From contig CAXHJY010001261.1 of assembly GCA_964016885.1 (NCBI GenBank), positions 24,988-88,987 of the forward strand: 64,000 nucleotides of DNA, read 5' to 3'. The notes below the pieces were generated by a model. It was not told the origin of the DNA, ran no database searches, and was given only the letters and a program-made list of their open reading frames with translations. Source of the stretch: Eledone cirrhosa (lineage: Eukaryota). Shown here one piece after another: positions 27,701 through 38,800 of the stretch (position 1 is its first letter; every line of letters starts with the position of its first letter). The translations under genes and the position numbers were made by a program.

Positions 27701-30700
27701 AGAATACCAATTCTTCTGGCATTGCCATAACTGCGCAACTTCTAAAAAATCTTCCCTTAGACAAACCCTAGTTATCTTAAGCCTTTCATTAACAACCCAC
27801 CTGAAACCACCCTTGGGGAGAGGTGGTGAGAGCTGACCTCAGATCGCTGAAGCTCACAGAGGAAATGACGTGGCACCATGACGAATGGAGAGATACTGTG
27901 TTGAAGAGGACCGGACCCATCCCACGCTTGCTAACAGGGAAAAGCGGATGTAAAATGATGATGATGATGATTTACCATTATCATCATCATTTAATATCTA
28001 TTTTCTATGCTAGCATGGGTCAGATGAGTTATCATGTGCTGAAGATAGAATGGTCAGATGACCACATCTTGCTCCTACACATTGTTTTTGGTTTGGTTTC
28101 TATGACTAGATGCCCTTCCTAATGCCAACCACTTTACGGCATATACTGGGAGTGTTTTATCTACCACCAAAAAGTGTGAACTGGATGCATTTTTGCCATG
28201 ACACCAGTACTACAGCCTAACAGAACAGTTTGGATGCTTTTCATCATGGCACCAACACTACCACTTTCCTGGGTGAAAATCCTTCCACCACAATTTTATG
28301 TCAGAGCATTTGTAAATTATGTTCTAAACACCAGCTTAATAATGAGAAAGTTAGTTACATTACTAAATCCATCCAAATTCTTGATTATTTATAAAATTAT
28401 TTGAAAATCATGGACAGTGTATTTCATTAGAAATATGGTTAAAAAAAAAAAATGGTTAAGCATTGAGACAGCATGTTAAAACAAAAAGTCAAGGACACCA
28501 CAAAACAATCATTCCCATTGCTAGAATGATATGTTAATATCAAGTCTTAATGCTGGCATGGGTAGGTTTAGTATATGTCTCATCTAAGTCACATTCTACT
28601 GAATCTGATGTAACCACTTCACCACAAGTTTTTAGTTAGCATCTTTCACCCCCAACAAACAACTTTTTGCATCTAACTTACTTCATTGCCATTACATCAA
28701 TGAATACATTTATCAATGCTAAGGTACTTCTTCATTTCACATAATTTCTCAAACAGTGCCAAGCTGTGTATGGTTGCTTGGCTTGTGCAAAATAGGAGTT
28801 AAATTTTAAAATGCCAGAGTTGTTATCGTTGAAATGCTAGCTCAATCAAACCTGATATGAAACTAAATTAAAACTACTTCAGTGGTATTCCAACAACCCA
28901 ATGTGTTGCTCAACATTATTGAGCAAAGATTGGATCCTCTCACACAAAAATAAATGGATGAATGGATTGTTGAATGGGTGAATTAATCCTTGAACTAATC
29001 AATCAAGACACACTGAGGAGGTATGGAATATCTACTGTTAATGTAAATAAAAGAAAATAAAAGCTTCAAATAACAATGTTATGTTAATCCTTTTGATACC
29101 AAACAGCTGGAAACTACTCTTGGTTCTATGCTGGAAAACCCGTGTGTTTTAAAGTGTTCATGTTTAAATTCAAACATGAACACTTTAAAACACACAAGGC
29201 TAACAATTAAGAGAAGTGGAGAAAATCAATTATATTAACCTCGTAGTTTATTCCATTGACCTTGGAAGGATGAAAAGCAAAGTTGACCTCGGTCGGATTT
29301 GAACTCAGAAAGCAGAAAGTTATAACCAAGTTATAACAGTCCAAAGCATTTTACCTGGTGCTCTAACAATTCTGCCATTCCACTGCCCTCAAACACCATA
29401 TTAGTAATGAGAAAGTTAGCTATATTATCATATCCCTACCACCACCAAATGCAGTATTATCTTAAAAATGATTTCAAAAACATTGGTAATGTTTTCATTA
29501 AAAATATGGTAATGAAAGCATAGAGTTCGATTAACAAGATCCCAGACCTCATTTGCTTACAGAGTGAGGATGTAACTTGTCAAATCAGAGCAAGGAAACA
29601 ATGTTTTCATTGATTTTTCAATTACTGATACTATCTACCAGTTGTAATAACTCCTGGCAGAATGAAAGGGTTAGAGGCTGTAAATATATACCACAACAAA
29701 AGCATTACAATTCTTTAATTTTTTATACGAGGTGTGTCAGAAAAGTAATAGGACTAAATGTGCTGTGAGCGGGGTAGGGATTAGCGGGTTGTGTCACTGT
29801 GTGACCTAATATCCAAGGAGTATCTGACTGCAATCTCAGTACCTTGCAGCCATTGTATTTTTTCAAGTGCTTTTGTTAACAGCTCCTTAATGTTAGGCAG
29901 TCAAGTGTTGGGCACAAAGCAGTGAACCAACTTGAAGTTTCTGGTCTGGGGCTGATTTAATCAACTTAGCCCTTCCCTAAATTTGCTAGCCCTCTACCTA
30001 AATTAGAAATCAATATTCCAGTGCTGATGTTGCCAATATGGCATGCTGTAGCAGTAATTTACATTGCTAGTCTGTCGAGATTTTAAGTCAGGTTACATAT
30101 GGAGGCAATACAGTAGCAGTAACAAGACATATGGATCATCAACTCATCATATGGTCACCTGGTTTGGCTTTCATCATTCTCCTTCCTAATGGGATCCAGT
30201 TCATAACACATACTGACAGCTTGGGGGGAATGTGAGTATCCCCACTCCTGCCTGTACTGTCATTTCCAGCGCCACACCTGACTAGTAGAGTTTCCATCTG
30301 CCATCCAAATCTACTAGCTTTCATCATTGTGGGAAGAAAGCCTTGAGCAACATGCTCGACAATCTTCTTAATATTATTAGCTGCTCTAAAGGGCTCTGTT
30401 ACAGCCACTGCTTAATATTATTGTATGTATGAACCTGTAACTCCCGATGGAGCTGTAGTGGTCCAAAATGTCATACAACATTTCTTAAGCATTTTTTAAA
30501 CCTGGCAGAGTCCATGCCCTCTCCAAATCTGAATACAGCCTATTTCTTCCAGAGAAGGAGAGTGATAGAGAGAATTGAGAAAGATATATAGAGTAAGAAA
30601 CGATCCCAGTACTGGACTCCTACTCTTTTTTTTATCAACAGGATTTGAACTCAGAGAGCAAAGAGTTATACCATACAGTATTCTATCTGGCATTCTAGTG

Positions 30701-31395
30701 ACTCTTCCAATTTGCTGCCTTGCTTAAGGTTATTAGCTTCTTTAAAAAGCGCTGTTACACCATCTGTTTAATGTTATCAGAAGCTCTAAAAAGGTGTTAC
30801 ATCCTGTTTAATTAGCAGCTCTAAAAAGCTGTCTTGAAGTGATCACAGATTTTCATTGTAGAAACAAAACCTTATTGCAAGCCCAATTGTAATTTTTCCA
30901 CTCATTTTAAAACTTTACAATTATATATAATTACTGCACTCCAGCTGTTATTCAATCACATGTCTATATCACTTCATAAACCCATCATTTTCTCCATTTT
31001 AATGTAAGAAGACAAGAAACATCAGAATCTATTAAAGATGACAGGCGAGAAACACACCTGAGTAATAAGAATTATTGAAATACCTAACGTTTATGTATAT
31101 GATTAAACACAATTAAGGTGGCAAACAAATTTGCCTATATCTAAACATTAGAAAACAGATGCACCTGTGTAATTAAGATGACAAGACTGATTGATACACT
31201 TGAGAATTATGGTCAGGTCACACCCAAGTTTAATTAAAATGGCAGATGTACCTGGCTCTAATTAAAGTGCTACATATATATGAGCCTCATTAACATGATA
31301 TATATTTGAAAACAATTAAAATGACAGCTGCATACAAGAATTTAACAAGAGTAATTAAGACCCATACACCTGAATCTAATTAAAGCTTCAGAGTT

Positions 31396-31435
<40 letters not shown>

Positions 31436-32280
31436 CTACGGCTTACTAAATGTTTATTTATAAACATACCATATTTCTTTAGAAGTATGAAATTCCAATA
31501 CATATCTGTATAACAGCTATGCTCAAAGCTAAATTCTAATTCTATTCTATTATAAGTTAAGTCAACTTATACAGCTTCATATGCAAATGAGATTAATCGC
31601 CTCATTTACACAGACGAGAATACGCAAGAGTGGGAGGGATCGTCCTGATGAGAAGCAGTTCAGTTCGAAATGCATCGCCAATTGTCCCCCTTGCTTCTGT
31701 TGGACACCACCGGGTGGCGATAGCTGCTGGTGTTTTTGCATAGCTACGGCTTTCATTTTTCATTTTCATTTCATTTTACGTCCGCTTTTTCCCTGCTTGC
31801 AAGGGTGGGACGGGAACTGATTCTGGCTTGATTTCTACAGCTGGATGCCTTTCCTAACACCAACCTCATTTACAGTGAGTGCTGGGTGCTTTTTTGTCGT
31901 GGCACCTCCACGACCACTTTGCAGTGGAATGATAAGGATCCCAGTCCCTATCATCTCATTTCTACAGCTGAGTAAACTGGAGCAATGTGAAATAAAGTGT
32001 CTTGCTCAAGGAAACAACACATCACCCGGTCTGAGAATTGAACTCACAACCTTTCGATTGCAAGGCCAATGCTCTAACCACTAAACCATGTGCCTCCATA
32101 AATGTTTATTTCTAAATGTTTATTTATAAACATACATTGTTTCTTTAGAAATATGAAATTCCAATATATATATAGAAGGACTACCCTCTTCCTGCTATAT
32201 CAAGCGTTAACCTAATATATACCTTCCATATACTGTACCTATTGTGTTGTTATTTCTGTTTACCTTTTACACACACACAC

Positions 32281-32311
<31 letters not shown>

Positions 32312-32795
32312 CCTAAGTGTTATTTAATCTAAAACACAGATACACACATGAAATTAACAAACAGAAAATTATTTGGGTGAGGTTAAGGTAATTCTGAAAC
32401 ACACATTTTTTAAGATAAAGACAATCATACTTGGATATACCGTCATAACTATATCTAATTAAAGTCATATACTCCTAATAATTAACATATCTTTGTGCAC
32501 ACAAACACACAATGATAAAAAAAAACATCTGGGTGTAAATCATTCATGTATCTTGGACAAAATAAGGTCATATACACATACCAAGTAAAAAGTGGAATCA
32601 CTAGCATATACACACACCTTTATAGATGTTCATACAGTCACTGGTAGGAAGAAACAAATTAAAATGATAGCATATACCTGTGTATTTTTGATGTGTAAAA
32701 TAGGGAGTCTTACCTGAATACTGTTCTTCTAAAACATCACCCTTGAGTCTGATCTGTACATTCAGACACCGACAACTCACATGTAGCATTTTCAT
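2324..32795 (-). CDS. AKT1S1: Multi-exon PRAS40 / AKT1S1 (Lobe-like) gene, N-terminal part; the 3' exons lie further left, probably partly outside the window
   Basis: Hand-spliced GT-AG exons with matching phases: 32795-32714, 27481-27408, [26819-26745 candidate], 7384-7244, 6217-6115, 5321-5219, 2762-2685, 2391-2324. Product [16 protein letters not shown]...[18 protein letters not shown]...FSPAFQIIL...[31 protein letters not shown]... The motif order CxCLNV / WxxxxCxNCxxxTHA / (Y/F)SPxFxII / coiled-coil EERIRxF matches my recollection of invertebrate PRAS40/Lobe proteins; no database search was run. Confidence 0.8.
2685..2762 (-). CDS. AKT1S1: PRAS40-like exon ([26 protein letters not shown])
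   Basis: tattacag acceptor, CAC|gtaagt donor, 78 nt, phase 2-2. Confidence 0.85.
3353..3635 (+). mobile_element. tRNA-derived SINE, family 1
   Basis: A box TGGCCTAGTGG, B box GGTTCGATTCC, shared body TTCTTGAGCAAAACACTTCATTTCA; related copies at 7917-8202, 35522-35810 and (minus) about 49480-49690. Confidence 0.85.
5219..5321 (-). CDS. AKT1S1: PRAS40-like exon ([35 protein letters not shown])
   Basis: tttctacag acceptor, CAG|gtaagt donor, 103 nt, phase 1 to 2. Confidence 0.85.
6115..6217 (-). CDS. AKT1S1: PRAS40-like exon ([34 protein letters not shown])
   Basis: tttatttcag acceptor, CTG|gtaaga donor, 103 nt, phase 0 to 1. Confidence 0.85.
6475..6860 (-). mobile_element. Old RTE LINE 3' fragment
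   Basis: Similar to 51900-52220 (the decayed RTE there); further bits near 4900-5020 and 38460-38590. Confidence 0.55.
7244..7384 (-). CDS. AKT1S1: PRAS40-like exon ([29 protein letters not shown]...GKNME)
   Basis: tctttgcag acceptor, GAG|gtaaga donor, 141 nt, phase 0-0, carries the WxxxxCxNCxxxTHA motif. Confidence 0.85.
7917..8202 (+). mobile_element. tRNA-derived SINE, family 1
   Basis: Aligns by eye with 3353-3635. Confidence 0.8.
10463..10735. repeat. 129-bp tandem repeat, about 2.1 units
   Basis: GAGGAAGAAGGAGTCAAGTCC...CAGGTCAAACGG repeated; explains the 43-aa repeat in ORF 10383-10670. Confidence 0.85.
11019..11176 (+). mobile_element. 3' end of an RTE-like LINE (C2H2 finger plus 3' UTR hairpin) followed by a microsatellite tail
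   Basis: Consensus of copies reads [23 protein letters not shown]; ACTCG-AAAA-CGAGT hairpin; copies at 15116-15277 and 15877-15926. Confidence 0.65.
11177..12074. repeat. Mini/microsatellite, 24-bp unit ATGTATATATACATATATATACGT grading into (TA)n/(TACA)n
   Basis: Directly visible; source of the spurious YI-repeat ORFs. Confidence 0.95.
12075..14597 (+). mobile_element. 5'-truncated RTE LINE (family A) with 3' UTR and (GAT)n tail
   Basis: ORF 12250-14217 (655 aa): RT motifs [32 protein letters not shown]; ends ACGGACGTTAAACGTTGATGATGAT. Confidence 0.92.
15324..15878 (+). mobile_element. Internal RTE fragment (family B, same as 40501-44085)
   Basis: Peptides nearly identical to the 1039-aa ORF ([16 protein letters not shown].., [15 protein letters not shown]); in-frame stop near 15599; lacks both ends. 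Confidence 0.9.
16047..17602 (+). mobile_element. Second RTE family A fragment, truncated at both ends
   Basis: Highly similar to about 12495-14055; frameshift near 16390; catalytic YADD mutated to YAND; runs directly into (TACA)n. Confidence 0.9.
17603..18715. repeat. (TA)n/(TACA)n microsatellite arrays with short unique spacers
   Basis: Directly visible. Confidence 0.9.
19113..21857 (-). CDS. CR1-like ORF2: APE endonuclease plus reverse transcriptase
   Basis: NARS, TETW, GDFN, LDL, SDH (APE); [30 protein letters not shown] (RT); starts at TTG with no nearby ATG; the usual GGGV motif after RKDR appears deleted. Confidence 0.9.
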   Translation of the reverse strand: MLSLNARSLCNKIHLFESYVRSIDPDFITVTETWAHSLLCDGVFTITGYNLFRKDRINRRVRSNFSVIPCVDLNESQEEVFFCDIRMTMSTLLLGVVYRPPNYHQDTQLCDILRVAAKKTATYVFIAGDFNHPEIDWETFRWPQGANDFLELVLDSNWSQVVTSPTRGDNTLDLIFTTTPEVVISCTTEEPLGDSDHAMIIANLALEGSNKNQSHLQSACFDWKRADWNLYCTELQRPNWHEMYNSGDVNSILQSILDSIWIACAASVPRKRKNNHPKSAIWETSAVRLARKERRNAEREHKLHRSDANRKKRNKSSNHLKQVTKKAVLEFEQCIATNPDSKVFWKYVHSKQRPHSPVGPLRNPHTSQITDDPKECAELIAECYASIFTVENQNVPSPPSLTSNSITTMEFTPAMLRRHLKNKRNYASPGLDGVTYLLLKRGGDFLLRQLSFFFQYCLSNGATPEQWKTASVIPLFKKGNRMSPVNYRPVSLTSCMAKLMESCVRETLWNFWSSHSLIRPSQFGFIPNSSCCDQLIEFLEDITRITDSGSWVDVVYLDFAKAFNSVPHKRLMAKLSAMGVRDDLFDWLKSFILSRKEVVTVLGQHSSPYEMSSGVPQGSVLGPLLFVAYINDIDANLQNATVLKYADDIKLYLEIKRTDPEIYNSFLQSDLDTMQQWITDWQLKLAVDKCTTMHFGRKNPASTYSLHNTDIKKSSCERDLGITVSNDLRWTKHVSKIVKKAEGVLASLSKTFVSRSPAIYLKLYTAMVRPHLEFASSVWNPYLARNIDLLETVQRRATKRIPSIRHLPYSERLASLGMDSLKLRRLAVDLVNTHKVFNHLANCNPERLFDLHVSNTRGHAYKIRKQHSSHDFRRHFFTLRVAETWNKLPASIVSCRDTASFKTLMLPEIRQNYT
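21914..23311 (-). CDS. CR1-like ORF1: PHD-like Cys cluster, Gln/His tandem repeats, coiled coil, RLG..PRL C-terminal domain
   Basis: CHIC..CGTC..CLQC..CLAC spacing; repeated [19 protein letters not shown]; ends ...TTLGN*. Confidence 0.8.
   Translation of the reverse strand: MFTFCVFLRMGRNNKIAMVISIDEICDKTGRCPKIEHCPENHICHICAEPENSFRNRWVECGTCRISVCLQCATGFRRIPGQKKRHHNAMMDGIWEMVQLKSWSFQCLACVPASTNVINVIEKQQQQQKPMTVSSSTIVTEQRQKPMTLASTVIPVGEHQKQQQPMSSTPSTSRHQQLVTVSSPNIPVEEHHHHQQQQQQQPATVSSPAIPVEEHHHHQQQQQQQQPATVSSPAIPVEEHHHQQRQQQQQQQQQQPTSTDFAELQLMISALRKEVAGIEASIRVGPHNEGSYRNALLKNLPVPLAGKTEKTAESATHEVIAIGVPEDKADLQAFAASSAKDLGCVPPKGALRLGRPGPKPRLIRLSFSDPAEATSYHLASAKAGRENRITFRTRPGLPPHVRPKLRAAASLNRNSAQDESFSLRDDGQIWRFVKAGETWKRDTSWSECDLPTITGNVKTATTLGN
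24102..24607 (-). mobile_element. 506-bp duplicate of internal CR1 ORF2 sequence (20295-20800)
   Basis: Appears identical by eye; same orientation; abuts the 5' end of the element. Confidence 0.9.
26745..26819 (-). CDS. Candidate PRAS40-like exon ([25 protein letters not shown])
   Basis: aaatttcag acceptor, GAG|gtgaac donor, 75 nt, phase 0-0, open frame; frame-neutral, so it is not required by phase. Confidence 0.4.
27007..27299 (+). mobile_element. 5'-truncated CR1 copy with (ATT)n tail
   Basis: Matches the reverse complement of about 18845-19290 with an internal UTR deletion. Confidence 0.85.
27408..27481 (-). CDS. AKT1S1: PRAS40-like exon ([25 protein letters not shown])
   Basis: ttttgcag acceptor, CTG|gtaagt donor, 74 nt, phase 1 to 0, open frame. 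Confidence 0.7.
27812..27970 (+). mobile_element. Short RTE 3' end with (GAT)n tail
   Basis: Encodes [25 protein letters not shown], homologous to the RTE C-termini in this window. Confidence 0.7.
29728..29860. mobile_element. Mariner-like terminal fragment
   Basis: TA+CGAGGTGTGTCAGAAAAGTAAT resembles a mariner TIR; no partner end seen. Confidence 0.35.
31638..31684 (+). ncRNA. Decayed minimal type I hammerhead ribozyme
   Basis: CTGATGA-gaagc..gttc-GAAA-TGCA-TC; palindromic stem III ATGCAT; stem I partly mismatched. Confidence 0.5.
31755..32097 (-). mobile_element. tRNA-derived SINE with RTE-derived 3' tail (family 2)
   Basis: tRNA-like head with A and B boxes; tail matches the RTE 3' UTR at 40501-40752. 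Confidence 0.85.
32714..32795 (-). CDS. AKT1S1: PRAS40-like exon, first coding exon ([27 protein letters not shown])
   Basis: Acceptor ttttccag|GAC ATG (exon starts 32798); donor TCAG|gtaaga; 82 coding nt, ends phase 1. Implies an upstream (UTR) exon. Confidence 0.8.
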
Positions 32796-34646
32796 GTCCT
32801 GGAAAATAATAGAGAGTAAAAAGATGGTTAGGTCAGCAAGAATACTTTTGCAGATTTGTTGTTGTTTAGTGCTAGGTCTGCTCTAAAGGAACAGACCTTT
32901 GATCAAAGTCATTCCAGCTGAGACCAACCTGTCTTTTTCCTATGTCGAGGGATGACAGGAACAAAGTAGAGAGTGATTTGAGGAAAATTTGGCAACTATT
33001 TCCAGCAGGCTCTCTTATTGGCTAGTGCGTTTGAGGGTTATTTATCATGGTGGATGTGTATGTGGAGTAGAGGGATAGCAAGAGAGTGTGTCTGTTTATG
33101 TGTGAGCATGTATGAATATGTGAGTGTGTTTATATGAGTCTGTAGCTGTATGTAGGAGTATATGAAGGAGAGAAAGTATGGTTGTGTAAGTGTAAGGGAA
33201 GAGAGAGAAAGAGAGTAGAGGTGAGATGATCTACATATAAATGTATGTCAACCTGGTGGTGTTCATTTTTCTCCAGTTCTGAAATTACAACCATTAATCA
33301 CAAGTAGAATGTATATATGTATGTTCAGATGGTTGGAACATGTACAAAGAACAGATAACAGTAGGCTGGCCACACAACTTTATACCAACTATGTATCAGG
33401 AAAAGAAACCAAGTAAGACCTAGACTGAGATTCAAAGATACTGCAAAAGGAATATGAAGTGGAATGGAACTGATCATAAATGGCAAACTCGAGAAAAAAA
33501 AAAACCAGTATGGAGAAAGTTTATCAAGCCAAGCCAAAGCCATAAACAGTCATAGTCGCATTGACTGACAGCTTGATAATGTGATGAACTTTCCTTACTT
33601 CTAACAATGAATGCTCCATGTTCCAGTTGTATGATCAATCAAACAACCAGCTCATGAAATCAACATGCAAGTGAGTGAACATTGTGTGAGATTGGTTGTC
33701 TCTTTGAATTAAAGAAACAACTCTTTTTTTTTTTTTTTTTCTTTCTTTTTTTCTCCAGCTGAACCAACTGGAGTGACATGAAAGGATGTGAAATAAAATC
33801 TGGTTCCAAATGCAGTTCACCTCTGTGACACTTTTGAACAGAAGAGAACTTCAATACAGTTGCTTAGCAGCCAAATCACACACTACCATCTATTAAAAAA
33901 CAAACAGACAGATAGGAGAATGTGTGCTAGGTATACAAAAACAAAAAGAGGATGGTCAAGACTGCAATGTCTTTTGCTATAATTTAACTGGTACCTATTT
34001 TTATCAATTCCTAAAGGATGAAAGGCAAAGCTATTTAGTATATGTATATTATATGACAAAAAAAGCACCCAATCCACACTGTAAAGTGGTTGTGTTCATA
34101 ACAACAAAAAAGCACCCAGTCCACACTATAAAGCAGTCATATTGGTGTCACAACAAAAGTGCCCAGTCCACACTGTAAAGTGGTTGTGTTAGTGACACAA
34201 TGAAAAGCATTGTCTACACTCTAAATGTGGTTGGCATCACGAAAGGCATCCAGCCATAGAAACGAAGCCAGAAACAGTTCTGTATGAGCAAGACATGGTT
34301 ATCTGAACAGACTTGTCCCACAACAGGACAACTCATCAAACCCATGCTAACATGGAAAAATGAATGTAAATGGTGATGATGATGATTGCTAACATAAGTA
34401 CAAGGCCTCAATTTGAGGGCTGGGGAGTTAATCAGAGCAACCCCTAGAAGATGAATGGTAGTTATTTTTATCAACTCCTAAAGTTGAAAGTCAAAGTTGA
34501 CCTCCACAAGATTTGAACTAAGGTTTGCAATTATCAATCCACAGGAAATACTGAAATTTCAATAACTAGAACACTTTCTGTTCTATACTGTTGTGGCAGT
34601 CAGCAGTATTTGAAAGGTTTACATAGTATTATTTGTATTAGTTTTA

Positions 34647-34870
34647 GGGCGGTGGATTGGCAATATTGGTAGAGCATCGGACATGCTTTGTGGCATAGAG
34701 TTACAACCCTTTACGTTCTGAATTCAAATCTTGCCAAAGTTAGCTTTGATTTTCATCCTTACAAGGTCAATAAAATAAGAACCAGTAACACATTGGGGTT
34801 GATTTAATCAACTTTCCCCTCTCCCCTTCAAACTGCTGGACTTGTATCAAATGTCGAAACAATTATTTGT
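34647..34870 (+). mobile_element. tRNA-derived SINE, family 3
   Basis: GGCGGTGGATTGGCA head, GAATTCAAATC B box, TTTCATCCTT..AATAAAATAAG body; other copies at 29195-29388(-), 46788-47170, 53860-54015(-), 55417-55600, 62038-62375. Confidence 0.75.
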
Positions 34871-35521
34871 ATGATATGTCAATTAGTTAGTTGTAGGAGT
34901 TGTCAACTGATAACAGCAGTTGACAGTTGCAGTTCTAAAAATGTAAATAAAGATGTAGATGATGAGGTGAAAGATAAGTGAAATATTTGGGTAGGTTTGT
35001 ATATGTGTGCTGTGTATGAAACAGTTCAGAATTGGGTATGTCAGACTCATATATAAACAACAAATTTACTCTTGCATTTTAGCTCCCTTTATACTGCAAC
35101 AACAAAAGCTTGTGGGCCGTCACCTATTTTTCACCTTGTCCTTTGGCTTATGTACGAGCAACACACATATGCACTGCCCCAGTTAATAGGGCACGCATAC
35201 TTCTTTTAATAAAATGGCTGTCATAAAGGGGTCATCAGTTGATAACAACAATTGACAGTTGTAATTCTAAAAACATAAGCCTATAGGGTAGGAGAAAAGA
35301 TAGGTGAAATATCTAGGTAGGGTTGTGTATGTAGGGAGTGGCACATAAACAACTGACAATTGATACCCTGTTCTCAATAGGTTTGAGATAAAATACATCT
35401 AATCTATAAGAAAATCAACTACCACTACTATTACTATTAAGGACAACTAATGTTTCCTTTCTCCTTATAGTGCCAGATGGAAGGTCATCTACCTATGAAA
35501 ATGGAACAACACTAATAAGCA

Positions 35522-35810
35522 ACATACGTGGCCTAGTTGTAAGAGTGTTGGATTTATGATCATAACGTCATGGGTTTAATTCCTGGACTGGGTTGTGTGT
35601 TGTGGTCTAGATTAAAACACTTCATTCCACATTGCTCCAGTATACTCAGCTGAAAATGAGTATCGGCATTAGCTGAGAGTTTAACCTTGTGATGGACTGC
35701 CGTCCTGTCCAAAGAGGAGTATTGTACTCTCAGTTGCTTAACTCCATGGAAACCAGGATAAGCACTGGCCTGATGAGCTTCTGGGCTTGTGACAGAAATG
35801 AAACTTTAGA
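35522..35810 (+). mobile_element. tRNA-derived SINE, family 1
   Basis: Aligns with 3353-3635. Confidence 0.8.
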
Positions 35811-38800
35811 GATGTACTTTGGCACACCAATGGAGGATAAAGAAGGCTTGAGCTTTAGCTCCCCAGATGAACACGTGAAGAAATGATAATGGTACAGCCA
35901 TATAGACCATAGTTATGAACCTGGAGCTATAATTATCACTCATTAACATGTTACATGTTTTTCCATGCTGGTATGGGTGGGACAGCTCTGACAGTGTCTT
36001 GCCATTCACTGTGGTCATTGTTCATCCAGATGCAGAGATAAATAACCAGCCAACCATGGTATTGTAAATTTCTTTCTCATTTTTTTTTTTTCTTCTTTTA
36101 TATGTTTATGGCTAGATGTCTCTCTCATCACCAACAAATTTAAAGCTTAAAATGAATTCTTTTTATCATAGCACTAGACTTCAGTATTTCATTTAGCTCT
36201 GTTTTCCTGTGTAACTAGTTGCACTCACAATAACCTCACCATCAACAACAATCAACTTGGGGTATATAATAAACACTAAAGCAAGCAAACAAAAATATAA
36301 AACCCAAACCTCAGGACTTACAAACATGAACTACTAGACACTGCACACGTGTGCGTGCGGGGGGGGGGGGGACAATTGACCCCCAGTACTAGGCTGGTAC
36401 TTCTTTTTTTATCAATCTTGAAATGATGAAAGGCAAAGTTGGCTTTGGCAGGATTTGAAATGAATACTACAAAGCCTTCTATCTAATGTTCTAACAACTC
36501 TGCCAATTCGCTGCCTCATAATAAAAATAAGACAACTTGATAATAAGAACAATGCCAAGTGAAAGAAACTATAAGAGGAATAAGCTTACAGAAAAACAAT
36601 TTAACAACTTGTGTTTCTAACTTCATTTTAGGCATTTCAGTTATGACACTAATATGTATGCATGCATGTGTATGTGAGTACACATATCACATGCATATTA
36701 TTTGTCAAATGTTACAGGTTAAATAAAAATCCACTTCTTATTGTGTCTTTTTTTTTTTCCATTTTTGTCAGCTATATATACTGATGAAATTGAATAGAAT
36801 ATTGTTGAAATTGGCTGTGAAACATGTAATTTGAATAGTGTGTGTGGTGGTTACATAGAAATACCAGTATCTAATGTAAAGAGAAAATAATGATATTACT
36901 TTAACACATATACAAATATACAAATGCACACACAAATAAATAAATAAATAAATACACATATATGGCATCTGCCTGCAACAGGTACTATGTAACCCAGTAC
37001 AACCTGCTTCATGATCCAGTGGTCTGCGAATAAATCGGCTCCCCTACCAGACCCTTGTCTGGTGAGGAGGGTATGTGGAACCCCAGCAGCACAAAAAAAA
37101 AACAAGAGCTGAAAAAGGGGTGAATGAACTCCTCAGAGTCAACGGCCATCCACCCCAACTATGGGTTAAAGAACCTCACCAACCCACAATTGGCCAAGCA
37201 TGGTGAGTATGGCTACACCCTTGACATGACCAAAACCAAACAAAAGGTAGTGGAAGTCAATCAAGGAGGGGTTCCTCCAACAGGAGTGAGAAGGCTCTGG
37301 ATTGGATTGGATTGGATTTGGTAGGTTACTAATCAATAAACAAGAAAGATGAAATGATAAATTAAAAGTGAAGGAAATAAGAGCAGACATAGCTGTATGG
37401 TTAAAAAGTATGATCCACCTGCATGTTACCTTGGTCTAGTGTCTTTTATTTTAGTCTTGGGTTGACCAATATTTGTGAGTGGAATTTGGTAAACAGAAAC
37501 TATGTAGAAGCCTGTTGCATACACACAACAACACATATATGATTGGAAGCTTTTCCTAACACTAACCACTTTACAGAGTGGACTGGGTGTATGTTATTGT
37601 GCAGTCAATGCAAATGACATGATAGGATATTAGATGAGAGGGCAGCAGTAATTATATATTCATTCAGATTTCATAGCTTACCATAGGCGCTGGGTAGGGA
37701 GGGCCCTTAGGCACAAAGCAATTATTTTAATGAATCCAGTGCATAGAAAACAACATAACAGCAGTTAATATAGTCTTTTCAAAGGTTTTGAGTTGATGGA
37801 GGTGATGGCGTGAAAGGCAGCTATCATCTACCTTAAATTTGGAAGGTTCTGATAATTTTACAGTGTACAAGAGAATCATCATCATCAATATCATCACCAC
37901 CATTTATCATGTTTTCCATTCTATAAAGGATGTCTTTCAAATCACACTACACAGTCTTTAAAAAAGGGAAGAACATATTGGATAATGAAGTGCTAGATAT
38001 GCTAAATCTGAAAATAAGATGGGATGGTCATGGCTAGAATGCCTTTGATAATGGGTCTACTGTATCAGGACTGATCTGCAGTTAAACAACAACACTATAC
38101 AATTGTAAAATTATAATCTCTCATATTTGATGTAAGGTCTTTAGAGCACTGGCTTAAATGCCAAACAATATTCCTCTTACAGTCAATTTTGCCTTTCAGG
38201 TTTGACAAATAGAATACCAGTCCAAGGTGGTGGATTCCAGTAATCTGTTCAGGCTCTCCACCTTCTGCCACAAGTAAAGTGGTATCATAACAGGACTAAG
38301 ACACCTATAATTAAAACACCCAAAAAACCTGCTACGAGACATAGCCTCATAGAGGGGCCATTGAAACTTATGCAAATGTGAGACAGAAATGAAAAAGATT
38401 AAAAAACATTAGGTGTCAAGCATCTTCACTCACATATTTCTGAGAGGGTTCTCAAGCACGCCTACCAGTAGGTCCTGTCAGAAGCAACTGTCTTCAATTG
38501 TTCTGGCTGAATACCCAAGTGTGACCAGCTGAGCTCATGGATATTATCCAACCATCTTGCTCAAGGTCTATACCTGGGTATCCTGCCAGTGTCAAGCAAT
38601 TAAAGAAAACATTGCTAGATGTCAGTAGTGTATAGTGTAAGTATTTAAGTGAAATGGACATATTTGTATTGGCAGTGGGGTTTTGGCAGTGATTAAATCA
38701 AAGTTTCACTGCCAGCAAATAGAGCAGCAGTCAAAGGGAGCCTTTATACTGGACTGCATAAAAGTAGCAGCCAAATTTCCCTAAAATTTCACTACTATAT

